Source: a virus (lineage: Duplodnaviria; Caudoviricetes). Taken from it: DNA of 40,802 nucleotides. The notes beneath the pieces were generated by a model that saw only the letters and a list, made by a program, of their open reading frames with translations, ran no database searches and was not told the origin of the DNA. The stretch lies in the IMG/VR virus record IMGVR_UViG_3300025103_000055, positions 1 to 40,802 of that record; one strand, given 5' to 3'. Both the position numbers and the translations under genes were made by a program. Positions 1 to 8,244 of this stretch are shown in pieces. The stretch's first letter is position 1. Every line of letters begins with the position of its first letter.

Positions 1-248
1 TCTGTAAACCAATCTAAAACTTTCTTACGATCCATGTTTGGACCTTCACCATGTGCAATAGGAAAGTATGCTTTATAACCATCTACAGCTACAGCTATAC
101 CTACAACTTCACCACTACCTCTAATGGCCCCTGAACCCTGTTTCTTTAATTCTGGATCTCTTGTCTCCAAGTCAATTGCAATTTCTTCCGCTTTTCTTAA
201 ATCAGGAAACTCTGTGGGTTGTACCCATTCTGTAGTTGGCATTAACAT
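1..248 (-). CDS. polA: DNA polymerase family A, N-terminal 3'-5' exonuclease part (runs off the window)
   Basis: Not in the ORF track. Manual translation from ATG at 248: MLMPTTEWVQPTEFPDLRKAEEIAIDLETRDPELKKQGSGAIRGSGEVVGIAVAVDGYKAYFPIAHGEG... It has the ExoI motif IAIDLET followed by VGIAVA and YFPIAH, typical of phage PolA. GAGGAG lies upstream. Confidence 0.88.
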   Translation of the reverse strand, partial: MLMPTTEWVQPTEFPDLRKAEEIAIDLETRDPELKKQGSGAIRGSGEVVGIAVAVDGYKAYFPIAHGEGPNMDRKKVLDWFT

Positions 249-427
249 TATTTTTTCTCCTCGTAATCTTTATATTCTTTTATTAATTTTTCACTAGGGT
301 GATAAACATCAACAGCTGAATGACAGTTAGGACAAGATAAATTACTTACAATATCATAGTCTTCATTATCTTCAGTGTCGTGATCCCCACCCCAAATTAA
401 TTCTGTTTGGCAATGCCAGCAGTTCAT
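248..427 (-). CDS. 59-aa zinc-ribbon-like protein
   Basis: Not in the ORF track. Manual translation: MNCWHCQTELIWGGDHDTEDNEDYDIVSNLSCPNCHSAVDVYHPSEKLIKEYKDYEEKK. Two CxxC pairs and TAATG overlaps with both neighbours. Confidence 0.8.
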   Translation of the reverse strand: MNCWHCQTELIWGGDHDTEDNEDYDIVSNLSCPNCHSAVDVYHPSEKLIKEYKDYEEKK

Positions 428-675
428 TATTTTTTACCTTTAATATCTTTCAACTTTTTAATTTCTAATTCACAATAATGAATTACTTTCTCTAAATCTT
501 GTATGCCATTTTTATTCATGTAACGACATACATATTTTATAACGTTTCCTTGAAAAAAAGAAAGGTCATTCTTAGAAATAAATTCATAGGGTTGAATATG
601 AAAGTCTTTATAGTGACTCCCGCCTATCTGTTTATCTTGTGGAAACGCTTTATAAAACATATCTTTATTACTCAT
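427..675 (-). CDS. DUF3310-family protein (related to T7 gp1.7 nucleotide kinase)
   Basis: Pattern QIGGSHY...IQP.EFI...F.QGNVIKY..R...KNG.QDLEK..HY. AAGGAG RBS. Confidence 0.8.
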   Translation of the reverse strand: MSNKDMFYKAFPQDKQIGGSHYKDFHIQPYEFISKNDLSFFQGNVIKYVCRYMNKNGIQDLEKVIHYCELEIKKLKDIKGKK

Positions 676-696
676 ATTTTCTCCTTTAAGTTATTT

Positions 697-817
697 GTGG
701 CAGTTGTTGGTTTAACGGATTAAAAAACAAAGGGAATCGCGATCCGAACCAACATCCCTCGTTAGAGGAAGATGCTGCCACCCACCCCATAGGAAATGTC
801 GCTATCCCGTTCTTTTT
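697..817 (-). ncRNA. Candidate structured RNA (multi-stem, possible pseudoknot or alternative fold) upstream of the DUF3310-polA genes
   Basis: GC-rich intergenic stretch with nested complementary segments: 697-703/775-781, 705-712/747-754, 716-720/742-746, 753-760/765-774, and a crossing pair 732-742/799-808. Confidence 0.6.
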
Positions 818-833
818 ACACAGTTGTGTAATT

Positions 834-2267
834 CTATAATTTGTATGCATTAACTTTCTTTTTAGCTTTTAGTTTATATAAATTATTTCTAGCACGTGTG
901 ATTCCTACATACCAAACTCTATGCTCTTCATCACTTTTATTTTTACTTTTACGAACTGCTTTCTTAATTTTATTTGGTTGGTCTAAACAAAGTATTACAT
1001 TGTCTTGCTCACCACCTTTAAATGCATGTATAGTTGATATAAATATTCTAGCAGGTAAATCTAAGTCTTCTCCATTCTCCATCATTTTTCTAATGTATTC
1101 TTTGTCTTCATATTCAACTTCTTTAAATGCATCAAACCAATCTAAATCTGGTTCCCAATCTTCCATTTTTTTTCCAATGTATTCTTCAATATCTTTCCAT
1201 TCTTTTTCATCTAATATCCTTCCTCTACACCAGGAGTTATAATTAACATGTGCATTGTACACCCTAACCTTAAAAGATTTTTCTTTCTTTGTTTGATAAT
1301 ATAAATTTCTTTCTCTTAGTTCTTTCTTCATACTAACCAATCTACTAATAGTTCTAGTTAATATAACCCATCTTGCTGTTGTTAAATCTATATGATCTAA
1401 ATTATTTATATACTCACATTCTCCTTCGTAGTTTCTTGGGTAATAATCTTTTTGTTTTCTTAGTCCTTCTATTTTTTCAATAGGTATTTCTGATTGTTCT
1501 TGAACTGCTCTAGATATTCTTTTTGAATACTTTAAAACTTTTTCTTGATCAGCTTTTTGACTTATGAATCTATCTACATCTGCACCAGCCCAGGCAAAGA
1601 TAGCTTGATCATCATCACCTGCTAAATAAATATCATCAGTATGTTCTTTTAGTTTATCAAATAATTTCCATTGTAATGGTGATAAATCTTGAGCTTCATC
1701 AATAAATATAACTTTAAATCTAGGTAAAGATTCTTTTTCAATTAACTGTTTTATCATGTCATTGAAATCTAATTTCTTTTTTACTCTTTTGTATTCTTTT
1801 AAATTATCATCAATTGTTTTTAGTATCTTCCATTTGATTTCTTTTTTATTATGTTCTCCTCTATCGTATTCATCTCTGATACTAATATCTCTATTGATTG
1901 CTCTACCAATCATTTGAAAATATGGACTGTCGCAGTTTAAATAATTAATATCTTCCTTATTATACTTGTCATAATATTTTACTTTGACACCTATCTCTTT
2001 ACCTATTGCTTCATAATCTGATGGTTGCATTACCTTACCATCATTTAATTCTAATTGATCATATGCAAATGAATGTATTGTTCTAAAATAAGATAACTTG
2101 TCATTATCTGCAGGCATTCTATCTCTTGCTTCACCTGCAGCTTTTTTAGTAAATGCAAAGTATGCAATGTTATCTAAAGGGGTACCTATTCTAACATAAG
2201 CTTTAGCTCTACTAATTAGTCTATATGTTTTACCTGTACCTGGTGGTCCATAAAACTTATATATCAT
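834..2267 (-). CDS. UvrD/Rep-like superfamily 1 helicase
   Basis: GPPGTGKT (Walker A), AFTKKAA, TIHS, IDEAQD, GDDDQAIF, STIHAFKGGE, YVGITRA. Confidence 0.93.
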   Translation of the reverse strand: MIYKFYGPPGTGKTYRLISRAKAYVRIGTPLDNIAYFAFTKKAAGEARDRMPADNDKLSYFRTIHSFAYDQLELNDGKVMQPSDYEAIGKEIGVKVKYYDKYNKEDINYLNCDSPYFQMIGRAINRDISIRDEYDRGEHNKKEIKWKILKTIDDNLKEYKRVKKKLDFNDMIKQLIEKESLPRFKVIFIDEAQDLSPLQWKLFDKLKEHTDDIYLAGDDDQAIFAWAGADVDRFISQKADQEKVLKYSKRISRAVQEQSEIPIEKIEGLRKQKDYYPRNYEGECEYINNLDHIDLTTARWVILTRTISRLVSMKKELRERNLYYQTKKEKSFKVRVYNAHVNYNSWCRGRILDEKEWKDIEEYIGKKMEDWEPDLDWFDAFKEVEYEDKEYIRKMMENGEDLDLPARIFISTIHAFKGGEQDNVILCLDQPNKIKKAVRKSKNKSDEEHRVWYVGITRARNNLYKLKAKKKVNAYKL

Positions 2268-3910
2268 TATACAATTTCCTCTTCTGTAAAGTCTGCAGTC
2301 TCTTCTATATCTTCTTCTTCCTTATCAAATAAGTATATAGGTATTGATACACATCCATTAACACCTGGATATGGTTTACCGGTCTTCTTATGTTTACCAG
2401 GAAATCTTTTCTTTTTACCAAACTCTGGTTGAGGTAATGAATCATCTTTTGTATCAAACATTTTTTGAATCATGTGAGAAGTTCTTGATGAATCTTTTCT
2501 CCAACCATTTTCTTTTAGTTCATTATAAAATTCATCATAAACAAAGTAAGCATACACTTCATCTTTTAAAACATTACCACTTTCAAATGATGCATAAGTT
2601 TTTGCTTGTGTACCATTTATATATTCTTTTAAATGTTTCTTTAGTATCTCCATTGGTCTGGTCCCTGGAGCCGGTTGCACTGTATCAACAGTATCTAACA
2701 AAGCATTTATCAATGCATGAAAGTCCAAAGGTTTTATAGGAGGTGGTAATACGTTTACTTGCGCCATTATCAAACTACCTAATTCTTTTTGGTCTCTAAG
2801 TTGTGTTACATTTTTTGCATGTACTACAACAGATTCACCTGTTTTGTTTTCTACTGTAAAATAATATTCAGGATCTGGTTTAAAATCTACTTTGATTAGA
2901 TTAGTCATCATTGGCCAATCAATTTTTTTATCAGAGATAACACCAAATCTTCTTTTAACACATTCAGATTTAACACAAACCGGTGCAAGTAATTGATCAT
3001 TACAAGTATGACCTTTTGTATCTTTCTCCCAGTTCTTTATTTTCTTTTTAATATAATCATCAGTCCAGGTTTCATTGAACTCAAAATAGTTTCTACCCGC
3101 TTGTAATACTTTCTTAGCCCAATCATCAGCATATTTCTTTTTAGCAAACACCATGTAGTTATATAAAAATCTATCTCTACCATCATCCATCTTTTGTTTA
3201 GATAAAATTTCTAGACAAGGTGGACCATCTTTAAATTCTTCTGCACCACCAGTAAGTTCTATTTTAATTATGTTATCAGATATTTCTTTTAGTTTAGTTG
3301 AAGTCATTAAATTCATTTCAACAACTTTTAAAAACAAATCTAATTTTATTTCTTGACCCGATGGATCTAAAGCAACTCTTTCAGTTTTATTGAAATATGG
3401 AAGATTAATAAAATTACCATTTACTTTTTGATCATCTGTATTGGTTCCTAGTTTAGTTTGTTTAGGAAATATTTCTGTTGTAATAGGTAGTTTAAATAAA
3501 AATAATACTTGTTCTAAAAAATCTTTTATTACTTTTGCTTTTACTGATTCTTTAGTAAATACATATAAGTGAAGTCCACCACTCTTAGATTTAATAGGTA
3601 TTAATGGTAATTTTTTTTCTTGAATTGTATTTAAATAAAATTTTATATCTAAATTTTTATATACCTTAGGATCAATATCTATTGCACCAAATCTAGCTAA
3701 ACCATCATCATCACAAGGTTGTATACCTATAGATTTAGTTCCATTTAAATGTTGATTATAATCTTCTTCAGTAATTAATTTACCTGACCAACCATAGTCG
3801 CCAGGATTAAATTTTAATTTACCGGTATCTGGATCTTTGTAACCATTGTTAATATTACAAAAACCAAAATTTCTTTTTAAGCCTGTAAAATATTTTATAA
3901 AGTCTTTCAT
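2267..3910 (-). CDS. Archaeo-eukaryotic primase (AEP)-type primase with Cys-containing accessory domain
   Basis: GAIDID (DxD motif I), SKSGGLHLY (motif II), GNFINLPY (motif III region), then PPC...C...C...C. Located in the replication module. Confidence 0.75.
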   Translation of the reverse strand: MKDFIKYFTGLKRNFGFCNINNGYKDPDTGKLKFNPGDYGWSGKLITEEDYNQHLNGTKSIGIQPCDDDGLARFGAIDIDPKVYKNLDIKFYLNTIQEKKLPLIPIKSKSGGLHLYVFTKESVKAKVIKDFLEQVLFLFKLPITTEIFPKQTKLGTNTDDQKVNGNFINLPYFNKTERVALDPSGQEIKLDLFLKVVEMNLMTSTKLKEISDNIIKIELTGGAEEFKDGPPCLEILSKQKMDDGRDRFLYNYMVFAKKKYADDWAKKVLQAGRNYFEFNETWTDDYIKKKIKNWEKDTKGHTCNDQLLAPVCVKSECVKRRFGVISDKKIDWPMMTNLIKVDFKPDPEYYFTVENKTGESVVVHAKNVTQLRDQKELGSLIMAQVNVLPPPIKPLDFHALINALLDTVDTVQPAPGTRPMEILKKHLKEYINGTQAKTYASFESGNVLKDEVYAYFVYDEFYNELKENGWRKDSSRTSHMIQKMFDTKDDSLPQPEFGKKKRFPGKHKKTGKPYPGVNGCVSIPIYLFDKEEEDIEETADFTEEEIV

Positions 3911-3926
3911 AATTTCCTATGTTATG

Positions 3927-3966
3927 ATTAATAAAGAGGCGATTTCACTCTCGCGCCATCGCCTCT
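3927..3966 (-). terminator. Hairpin / probable intrinsic terminator after the SSB-like gene
   Basis: Minus strand AGAGGCGAT...CGC-GAGA-GTG...ATCGCCTCT-TTATT: 9-bp outer stem (3935-3943/3958-3966), GNRA tetraloop, weak U tail. Confidence 0.6.
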
Positions 3967-3990
3967 CCTCTAGAGTATTCACTTAGTGAA

Positions 3991-4767
3991 TTAGATAATC
4001 TCTTCAGTTGGTTTAGCACTCTTCTCTTCATACTTAGGTTTTGCTTGACCTTTAGACACAGACTTTTGAAGTTCTTGTGCCATTAAGTATAATTGAGCGT
4101 CAGCTTCAACAGAAACATCTAGTGCTCTGTTCATTGAAGGTTTATAGACATGCCAACTCTTACTACCTGCAACCTTACCTACAGTTTTTAATGTGTAAAC
4201 TGCTGCGTATGCTGCCGGATTGTAAACACCTTTTTCATCCTTGAATCTTAGATTCTTAATCAATTGATTCAATTCTCTTGCAGGTGTTAAGTTAGATGAT
4301 CTCATAGTAATTACTGCAGGTCTAGGTTCATCACCTAAAACAACTACATAAAAGTATGCAGTCTTTTCTAAATAGTTACCATTTGATAGTCTCCACTTAC
4401 CATTTCTTTCCTCTTGTGCATCTTCAGGAATTGAAAGGTGAGTCATGACTGGAGGAGCTGCTGTGTCTCCCATCTCTTGCCATTCAGGATATCTTGTTTG
4501 CACGTGTGCAATTAATATATCCACGCCTTTGTCACCATCTATTAATGTACCAAGACCTTTAGCATAGATCATACCAGGTTTAGAACCTTCTACGAACTTA
4601 GCATTGCTCTGATTACATTCAGGCGATAGTTGATGTAGGATTTTTAAAATCGGTGTAGACATATCATCCGATTTTATCTCTTCACTACCTTTCCCAGAAT
4701 CACTTCTAAGACTGATAGTTGCCAGTGCGCCTGCACTGTTCTTCTTCTCGATAGCTGTATTAGCCAT
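3991..4767 (-). CDS. Putative ssDNA-binding / replication accessory protein
   Basis: 258 aa with AGGAG RBS. P.LKILHQLSPE...GSKPG pattern of a phage protein commonly found upstream of the primase, and an acidic/hydrophobic C-tail (EEII). Function is inferred from context. Confidence 0.55.
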   Translation of the reverse strand: MANTAIEKKNSAGALATISLRSDSGKGSEEIKSDDMSTPILKILHQLSPECNQSNAKFVEGSKPGMIYAKGLGTLIDGDKGVDILIAHVQTRYPEWQEMGDTAAPPVMTHLSIPEDAQEERNGKWRLSNGNYLEKTAYFYVVVLGDEPRPAVITMRSSNLTPARELNQLIKNLRFKDEKGVYNPAAYAAVYTLKTVGKVAGSKSWHVYKPSMNRALDVSVEADAQLYLMAQELQKSVSKGQAKPKYEEKSAKPTEEII

Positions 4768-4796
4768 AATATAACTCCTTATATTTAGTTATTGGT

Positions 4797-5345
4797 TTAT
4801 TTTTTATTTTTTAAATACGTTTGATTACCATCGAACGTATTGAATAGTTCTGCAGGAACTTCTTGACCTTTGTCTTTCCATTCCTTCATAACTACTTTGA
4901 GTGTCGATGGGTGAACTTTCTCCTCTTGGATAGGTTCATACCCATTCGACCTCGCAAGGCTAGCGTAATCGACAGCCTTGTTATCTTCGCCTTGGCCAAA
5001 TGTTACTGTAATATTATTTTTTACAATATCACCTAAGCCATTGTCTCGAAGCCAGTGTATGCCTTCAGCTTTTTTATCAGCTTTTAATGTGGCACTAAAT
5101 ATTTTTTTAACAGTTAACTCTGAACCATCTTTTAGTTTTAAACTAGCTAGGTTCATATCTTCCATTAATTTTGGAATGATATTACAGCTAAAGTATTTCT
5201 CATCTTCTTTGAGATCTTTAACTTTATCTTCCAAATCCTTTATTTGTTTTTGTATTCCCTGTAATTTTTCTACTTCCGTAGAAAGTGCATCTGGATCAAT
5301 AGTTTTAGCTTGATCAGGTGCGTCTTTACGCATGTCAATTAACAT
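4797..5345 (-). CDS. Conserved phage replication-module hypothetical protein
   Basis: 182 aa, N-terminal coiled coil, WLRDNGLGDIVKN and VHPSTLK motifs, AAGGAG RBS. Confidence 0.75.
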   Translation of the reverse strand: MLIDMRKDAPDQAKTIDPDALSTEVEKLQGIQKQIKDLEDKVKDLKEDEKYFSCNIIPKLMEDMNLASLKLKDGSELTVKKIFSATLKADKKAEGIHWLRDNGLGDIVKNNITVTFGQGEDNKAVDYASLARSNGYEPIQEEKVHPSTLKVVMKEWKDKGQEVPAELFNTFDGNQTYLKNKK

Positions 5346-5390
5346 TGTATAACTCCTTTAGTTGGTTTCTGTTTAACTTTCATGGTGATA

Positions 5391-5419
5391 TAAATAAGAT
5401 CAATTAGATCTTTTGTCAA
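5391..5419 (-). promoter_or_regulatory. Putative sigma70 promoter for the replication operon
   Basis: Minus strand TTGACA-N17-TATTTA. The spacer holds the inverted repeat AAGATC-N5-GATCTT. Confidence 0.5.
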
Positions 5420-5421
5420 GG

Positions 5422-5757
5422 CTATTTGTGAAAAATATTTACTTCAATAGGATAGTAAGTTTTTTCTTGTCTATCCCATTTTAAAAGATTGTATTTTCCA
5501 TTTGTAATATCTGATACAACAGAACAAACTACACCAATAATTGCAGGATCCCCTGATAATAATAAGTAATCATCAGTTGTATAATCTTTTAATAACGTTC
5601 TTAATTTTTGAATTAATGGCCCAGGTGATAAAATAATTTGGCTTTTTTCTGGCAGAAGTGTGACAATTTGTCCGAACTTTTGTGCACCTACAACATTATA
5701 TTTTGGTTGTCCTATTGAACTTCCTGGTATTTCTTGTGTTAAATAAACTTTGCTCAT
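5422..5757 (-). CDS. Hypothetical protein (small alpha/beta protein), divergent from the SNF2 helicase
   Basis: The ORF track gives 5422..5775; MSKVYLTQE at 5757 is the more plausible start. Contains DDYLLLSGDP. Confidence 0.75.
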   Translation of the reverse strand: MSKVYLTQEIPGSSIGQPKYNVVGAQKFGQIVTLLPEKSQIILSPGPLIQKLRTLLKDYTTDDYLLLSGDPAIIGVVCSVVSDITNGKYNLLKWDRQEKTYYPIEVNIFHK

Positions 5758-5784
5758 TGACTTTTTCTTTTTCATAACTATTAT
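5757..5784 (+). promoter_or_regulatory. Putative promoter for the SNF2 helicase
   Basis: TTGACT-N16-TATTAT, 35 nt upstream of the ATG in a divergent gap. Confidence 0.4.
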
Positions 5785-5819
5785 AGTAATTAGAAAGAAA
5801 AGTAAACAGAGTATATATT

Positions 5820-7253
5820 ATGAATTATAAATTTAAAACTAAGCCTTATCAGCACCAATTAGATGCATTAGAAGCATCTTGGGATAAAGAAAATTTTGCG
5901 TACTTCATGGAAATGGGTACAGGTAAATCAAAGGTATTACTAGATAATGCCGCAATGTTATATGATAAAGGCCAGATAAATGGCCTCCTTCTTATTGCAC
6001 CTAAAGGTGTTTATAAGAACTGGTATGATCAGGAAGTGCCTGTGCATTTACCTGATCATATCGAAAAAAAGATGGTGCTATGGAAAACATCAGATAAATC
6101 TTCAAAACAAAAACAATTATTAAATACTTTATTTGAAACAGGAACTGACTTTCATATTTTAATTATGAATGTTGAAGCTTTTTCTTCTGGTAATGGTACA
6201 GAGTTTGCTAGAAAATTTTTATCTTGTCATAAAGCAATGATAGCAATTGATGAGTCTACTACAATTAAAACTCCAACATCTAATAGAACAAAAAATATTT
6301 TATCATTAAGAGATCATGCTTTATATAGAAGAATATTAACAGGTTCTCCTGTAACTAAATCACCATTAGATTTATTTAGTCAATGTCAATTTTTAGATCC
6401 ATGGTTATTGGGTCATGATTCTTATTGGGTGTTTAGAGCAAGATATGCAATTTGTAAAAAAATTGAAGTTCAAGGTAGACGTGTTGAAATAGTTGTAGGT
6501 TATAGAAATCTTGGTGAGTTATCTGATAAGATAAAACCTTTTTCTAGAAGAATATTAAAACAAGACTGTTTAGATTTACCAGAAAAAACTTTTGTAAAAC
6601 ATTATGTTGAATTAACAGCTGAACAAAAGAAAGTTTATAAACAAATGAAACAAGAAGCTATTGCATTTCTTGATGGTAAAATGCAATCTTCAGCAACTGT
6701 TATGACTCAATTAATGAGACTTCATCAAATTACTTGTGGTCATTTTACAGCTGATGATGGAACTATAAAAGATTTACCTTGCGCTAGACTAGGTGAGTTG
6801 ATGAATATACTTGAGAACGTAGAAGGTAAAACTATTATATGGTCTCACTATACTCATGATGTAAGAAGAATTATTGAAGAGATTAAAAAAGTATATGGTG
6901 AAGATTCTGTTGTAGATTATTATGGTGCAACAGATACAGATACTAGATCAGCTAATATTAAAAAATTTCAAACAGATGATAAGTGTAGATTTTTTGTAGG
7001 TACTACTCATACTGGTGGTTATGGTATTACATTAACTGCGGGTAGTAATATGATTTATTTCTCAAACGGTTATGACCTTGAGAAAAGACAACAATCAGAA
7101 GCACGTATTGATCGTATTGGTCAAACACAAAAAATGACTTACATTGATATTATGAGTCAAGATACTATTGATGAAAGAATTGTAAAAGCTTTACGTAATA
7201 AAGTTAATATTGCTAATACAATTATGGATGAAGATTTTAGAGAATGGATATAG
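5820..7253 (+). CDS. SNF2-family (SF2) helicase/ATPase
   Basis: MEMGTGKS, IAPK, IDEST, LTGSP, LMRLHQI, GGYGITLT, QSEARIDRIGQ. Confidence 0.93.
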   Translation: MNYKFKTKPYQHQLDALEASWDKENFAYFMEMGTGKSKVLLDNAAMLYDKGQINGLLLIAPKGVYKNWYDQEVPVHLPDHIEKKMVLWKTSDKSSKQKQLLNTLFETGTDFHILIMNVEAFSSGNGTEFARKFLSCHKAMIAIDESTTIKTPTSNRTKNILSLRDHALYRRILTGSPVTKSPLDLFSQCQFLDPWLLGHDSYWVFRARYAICKKIEVQGRRVEIVVGYRNLGELSDKIKPFSRRILKQDCLDLPEKTFVKHYVELTAEQKKVYKQMKQEAIAFLDGKMQSSATVMTQLMRLHQITCGHFTADDGTIKDLPCARLGELMNILENVEGKTIIWSHYTHDVRRIIEEIKKVYGEDSVVDYYGATDTDTRSANIKKFQTDDKCRFFVGTTHTGGYGITLTAGSNMIYFSNGYDLEKRQQSEARIDRIGQTQKMTYIDIMSQDTIDERIVKALRNKVNIANTIMDEDFREWI

Positions 7254-7254
7254 C

Positions 7255-7305
7255 GACTATAGTCCCCACTATAATCAATCCCGGCAGCTGAGTGCCCAAC
7301 CTCCC
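7255..7305 (-). other. Structured convergent intergenic element (two hairpins, four G-tracts)
   Basis: Minus strand GATTATAGT-GGGG-ACTATAGTC (9 bp, one G-U) and GGCA-CTCAGC-TGCC, located between convergent genes. Confidence 0.45.
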
Positions 7306-7312
7306 AAAAAAA

Positions 7313-7507
7313 TTAAAGTTTTTGTAATAGTACAAGTATAACACCGGCCATTGCTGACATTAATGCACCGGCTGCTACTAAGAATATTTTTTCTATTCTG
7401 TTTATTTGACTTTCTATTCTATGAATTTTATCGTGAGTTTGTTTCTGCATGATACGACAAAGTTTTTCGTGGGATTCTATTCTATCTAATGCAGAGTTCT
7501 TAGCCAT
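7313..7507 (-). CDS. Small coiled-coil protein with a C-terminal transmembrane helix (XhlA-like architecture)
   Basis: RIESHEKLC...INRIEK followed by hydrophobic IFLVAAGALMSAMAGVILVLL. Confidence 0.7.
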   Translation of the reverse strand: MAKNSALDRIESHEKLCRIMQKQTHDKIHRIESQINRIEKIFLVAAGALMSAMAGVILVLLQKL

Positions 7508-8244
7508 TATCTTCCTCTGTAACTTTCTCTGTTTGAATCTGAAGCAGTGTATCCACCTCCACCTACACCTCTTGATCTTGCTGCAGATGATCTTGTAACT
7601 GAACTTCTATTTCTATCTGGTCTATCATTTCTACCTGCATCTCTTTGAATTCTGTTAGTTATATCTCTAGCGTCTCTAAATACATTTGGATCTCTTGCTA
7701 AAGCTTCTCTATCTCTTCTTCTTTTAAAAAACTCTGCTCCTGTTCTAGAGTTTCTAAAATCACTTAATGATTCTGATCCTCTTAAAGATTCTAAACCACG
7801 TCTTACTAAATTAAATGGTGTAGGAATATTTCTTAATAAATCCAGAATACCACTTAATGGATTTCTAGATTTTTCTACTTGTTCTATATAATTTTGATCT
7901 TGTTCATCATTAGTTGTTTCATCTATCATACTCATGTCACTTACACCTTGAAATCTATCTAAATTCAAACCTCTTAATGTAGTTAAATCAGGTTGATAAA
8001 AATCTTGAGGAGCATTAACAAAATTTCTTGGTTGATAAAACATTTGAGTAGGATTTCTATCTAATGGATAAAAATCTTGAGTAGGACTAAGATTATTTGG
8101 TTGGTAAAAATCTTGAGTAGGATCTTGATTTAAATATTGTTGATTTTGATACTGAAAAGCTAATGGATTTAAACTAGCTATACCACCAGGTCCTTCAAAA
8201 GGTCGTAGTAATTGTTGTAATTTTAATTCATCTAATGTAGCCAT
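7507..8244 (-). CDS. Low-complexity hypothetical protein with PTQDFYQP repeats and an Arg/Gly/Ser-rich tail
   Basis: 245-aa ORF with TAATG coupling on both sides. Confidence 0.75.
   Translation of the reverse strand: MATLDELKLQQLLRPFEGPGGIASLNPLAFQYQNQQYLNQDPTQDFYQPNNLSPTQDFYPLDRNPTQMFYQPRNFVNAPQDFYQPDLTTLRGLNLDRFQGVSDMSMIDETTNDEQDQNYIEQVEKSRNPLSGILDLLRNIPTPFNLVRRGLESLRGSESLSDFRNSRTGAEFFKRRRDREALARDPNVFRDARDITNRIQRDAGRNDRPDRNRSSVTRSSAARSRGVGGGGYTASDSNRESYRGR
7991..8122. repeat. Four imperfect in-frame tandem repeats (core GGTTGATAAAAATCTTGAGTAGGA)
   Basis: Copies start near 7991, 8030, 8066 and 8099 and encode PTQDFYQP-like units. Confidence 0.85.

Noticed and set aside
686-790. 34-aa minus-strand ORF MGWVAASSSNEGCWFGSRFPLFF... 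within the structured gap
   Set aside because: No SD and atypical composition; the extensive base-pairing explains the sequence better. Not fully excluded.
697-817. Possible tRNA or known ribozyme
   Set aside because: No T-loop (GTTCRA) cloverleaf or CCA end, and no hammerhead, twister or pistol core that I can identify.
499-5313. Plus-strand ORFs 499..723, 841..1242, 2371..2739 and 4978..5313
   Set aside because: Antisense shadows of well-supported minus-strand genes, with no RBS or recognisable motifs.
7991-8122. Mini-CRISPR-like repeat/spacer pattern
   Set aside because: Spacers are only about 10-15 nt, the repeats are degenerate, and all periods are multiples of three within an ORF. 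It is a coding repeat.
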